From: Octopus sinensis
Lineage: Eukaryota
DNA: 64,000 nt
Direction: 5' to 3'
Assembly (NCBI RefSeq): GCF_006345805.1
Contig: NC_043004.1
Coordinates: forward strand, 34,286,001 to 34,350,000
Part shown: positions 61,226-64,000 of the stretch, piece after piece
How positions within the stretch are numbered: position 1 is the first letter of the stretch
Layout of the letters: every line of letters starts with the position of its first letter
The notes under the pieces: model-generated
The model's database searches: none
What the model was told of the DNA's origin: nothing
The model's input: the letters and a program-made list of their open reading frames with translations, nothing else
Program-made: the position numbers and the translations under genes

Positions 61226-61258
<33 letters not shown>

Positions 61259-61438
61259 TAAATTAGAGATAAAACCACTATTAGGCAAATCAAACAGTGA
61301 AAACATAAACCAAAACATAGAAATAAATTAATTAATATAATATACAAATATATGAATATAAAATTCAAAATTTAAATTATTTAAATTTAAAGTTAAAATT
61401 TAAAAATTTTTTAAATTATTAATTTATACTTATAAATT

Positions 61439-61484
<46 letters not shown>

Positions 61485-61861
61485 TATATATATATGTATA
61501 TATTATTTTTATTTTTATTATTTTTTTTATATATATATAAAACTATCAAAAAGTATTAAAATTTTAATATAAGATAAAATTATAATTTTTCCCTGTAAGT
61601 TTGGATTTACTCCCTAATATTATTATTATTGTATATATATATATATGTGTGTGTATATATATATATATAAATTTGAGTTCACAGAACACAGAAAGAATAT
61701 TTATATATCACCTGATGAAACAACATGACCTCACAATGTAGAGAAACTTATGAACATGGAGAACTATGTTGCATGGAAACAATTGTAGTAATTACAAATA
61801 AATGTTCCTCTGTACTCCTTGTTGATTCCAGCTTATTCATATATATATATATATATATATA

Positions 61862-62740
61862 CTAGCAGTTTTGCCCGGCTTTGTGTGACTATTAATCGCA
61901 CTGAGGAAAATCGATTAATCTGTGAGTGCAACATCAATACTTACTTACACAATGTACGTATGTGCGCTCGTGTGTTCTATGCACGCGGAAATTAAGCTAA
62001 ACTTGGATGAAGTTCAATCAAAATTCAATTATTTTGGTTTTAAAATCGAGCATTTAATGCCCTATATTTTTGCACTTATGTGTTCCATTTCCTCAATAGG
62101 AAGTACGTAGAAGCGTTTCATAAATTTTTGTTGATCAAATAATTGCATTGTTGAATTATTCTTTTAGATCAGTATTTCTCAATGGGGATTTCAGGGGAGA
62201 GTTTCAGGGAGTCGCTGACGATGTATCATGATGATCAAAAATCCGGCCTGCTAAAATTTGGTTAAAGTGATTCAAACTGCAGACTCAACGCAAAATGGTC
62301 ACATTTAATTCAAAGCATTAAAAATGTTATGAAAACAATTGGTATGTGTTTACAAAGTCCAAACGATTAATATGAAAAAACCCTCCAGGCTACATCCCGA
62401 AAATTCATTTCTTTGCCAAATTTCTACAATGTTTACGGTGATTCGTTTTTATATCTTGATTTTTTATTTTTCATGCAATTTATGCATGCTTGCAAGCATG
62501 GTGAACACAGTTCACGTCAAACAGCTGACTGAGTAAAGTTCACTATTCAATGCATGGGATAAGGCCTAAACAAACACATTATCGATTTTTGCACTTGCAA
62601 GATGAAATAGCGCAGTTCAATTTTCATTTGCCTAAACTTTAAGTGACCCATTTTTGGTGGTTCTATGATTCATTGGCTAGGAGGAGATGTGCCGGGAAGT
62701 TAAACACACAGACACACAAGTTGAGTTTTATATATATAGA
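61862..62740 (-). mobile_element. Non-autonomous Helitron
   Basis: Minus strand 5' A|TCTATATATATAAAAC, 3' CTAG|T; plus-strand start actagcagt..gcccggc shared with 1908-2293; interior not verified. Confidence 0.55.
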
Positions 62741-62754
62741 TATATATAAATATA

Positions 62755-62789
<35 letters not shown>

Positions 62790-62800
<11 letters not shown>

Positions 62801-62990
62801 TATGCACACACACACACACACACCTACACACACACAATGAGTTTCTACGCTGTTTCTATCTATTAAATTCCCTCACAAAGCACTGGTCATTGAAAGATGC
62901 TTGCCTATGATGCTGCACAGTAGGACTGAACTCAAAACCACGTAGTTGCAAAGCAAGCTGCTTAACCACACAGCCACGGCTGTGCCTATC
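62790..62990 (-). mobile_element. SINE-A, 5' fragment
   Basis: cagtaggactgaactcaaaaccacgtagttgc...cttaaccacacagccacg. Confidence 0.7.
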
Positions 62991-64000
62991 AAATATAAAT
63001 ATATCACAAATATAAGTAAACAAGTAAAAGAGAAAATGAAGTCTTTCACTTCCACCTAAGAATTGTTCCATGCATGAGAGACATGTTTTTGATGTTGTTT
63101 TAAAGTCTTCTCCCCACCCCCTTGCTGTACCATTTCCAATTTACCAAAGATAGCCAAAGAATTTTGTAACCCTGTGGTATTATGAAGATCTTATGCTTTA
63201 TTAAATTCCTCATAGTGTTCTACTAAAGATCTTGGTCTCCTGTATAGGATTTAATAAATTTATTGCTTTGTGCCACCAATGTCTTGCCTGGAATTAGGTG
63301 TTGCTAACAACAACAAAAGTAGAATGGGACGAAACACTTTCCTTTACCAAATGCTAATTTACAAATATTCATTGGAGTTGTTCATTGGGATGTCTCGACC
63401 ATTCCATTGAAATACAAGGCTGAAGAATGTATTGCTTATGTAGACTTTCTACCGAATGAAATATTATCGTGGAGTTGATGGCATTGTTAAGAATGAAATG
63501 GTTCCTGAAGTGTAAATAGAGGAAACCCTATATATTTCTGTCACAGTGGAACCATAAATGGAAGCTTACTTTGCAGGAGACTAACATCTTTGAAAGGTGT
63601 GCAGTATAAGCCATAAATTTGCTAAAGTTCAGTCGGGAGGTTGACATCAAGATTTATAGAACGATAAAATAACTAAAGAAAAAAAAAAAGGTAAAAACAA
63701 ATTTTGCAGAAGAGATTTAGAAGTAAAGTGATAAATAGTTGTGGTGAGTAACTTTTGATTAGTTCACTAAAATCACATTTACATTTAACATGATTGCATT
63801 AGAGAGATCATTCAAGTCAATACTAAGAATGTTGTAGTTTAGTACCATTACTGATACACCAAAATCTGTATACTATTCACCAGGTCACTAAAGTGTTGAA
63901 TCTTAGTTCAATGGAAATAAGTTTAGTTGCCGTTTCACAATAACTATTATACTTAGACAAATGGTAATTCAGGTACATTGAGCAGAAAAAAAAAACGGTT

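Noticed and set aside
61262-61440. AT-rich block between TA tracts resembling the start of another TA-targeted element
   Set aside because: No inverted partner, ribozyme core or second copy in the window
61705-61750. CUGAUGA...GAAAC on plus strand (similar isolated cores at 10872, 11523, 25628, 53610, 52618)
   Set aside because: No convincing stem II closure or stem I pairing
164-63071. Numerous ORF-track entries rich in YI, CV, HT, poly-H, poly-M, poly-I, poly-D
   Set aside because: They are translations of microsatellites with no start context, splice signals or domain content
63290-63620. Protein-like fragments (KVEWDETLSF; VVHWDVSTIPLKY) across frameshifts
   Set aside because: Multiple stops and shifts, no recognisable family; needs BLASTx

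Overview
AT-rich eukaryotic DNA made almost entirely of microsatellites and transposable-element debris. The repeat repertoire resembles an octopus (coleoid cephalopod) genome; this is an inference, not a database match. No host protein-coding exon could be supported, and most ORF-track entries are microsatellite read-throughs. Recognisable content: four SINE-like families (A: tRNA head, CORE-like segment, internal (TA)n/(TG)n tract; B: RTE-tailed with (GAT)n tail; C and D: other tRNA heads); decayed fragments of RTE, L1/Tx1, R4/Dong and HERO non-LTR retrotransposons; a mariner transposase fragment; piggyBac-type MITEs; two non-autonomous Helitrons. The main hidden structure is a set of minimal type I hammerhead ribozyme (HHR) motifs from at least six unrelated sequence families plus three weaker candidates. 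Most sit in asymmetric inverted-repeat elements with Penelope-like geometry, inserted in (TA)n tracts. Three of them are stacked inside the internal microsatellite of one old SINE (18745-20350). One family couples a tRNA-type Pol III head to the ribozyme and occurs head-to-head (5822-6754). One copy (35268-35350) has a fully canonical core. Coordinates of decayed elements are approximate (about 10-20 nt); all folding and alignment was done by eye.
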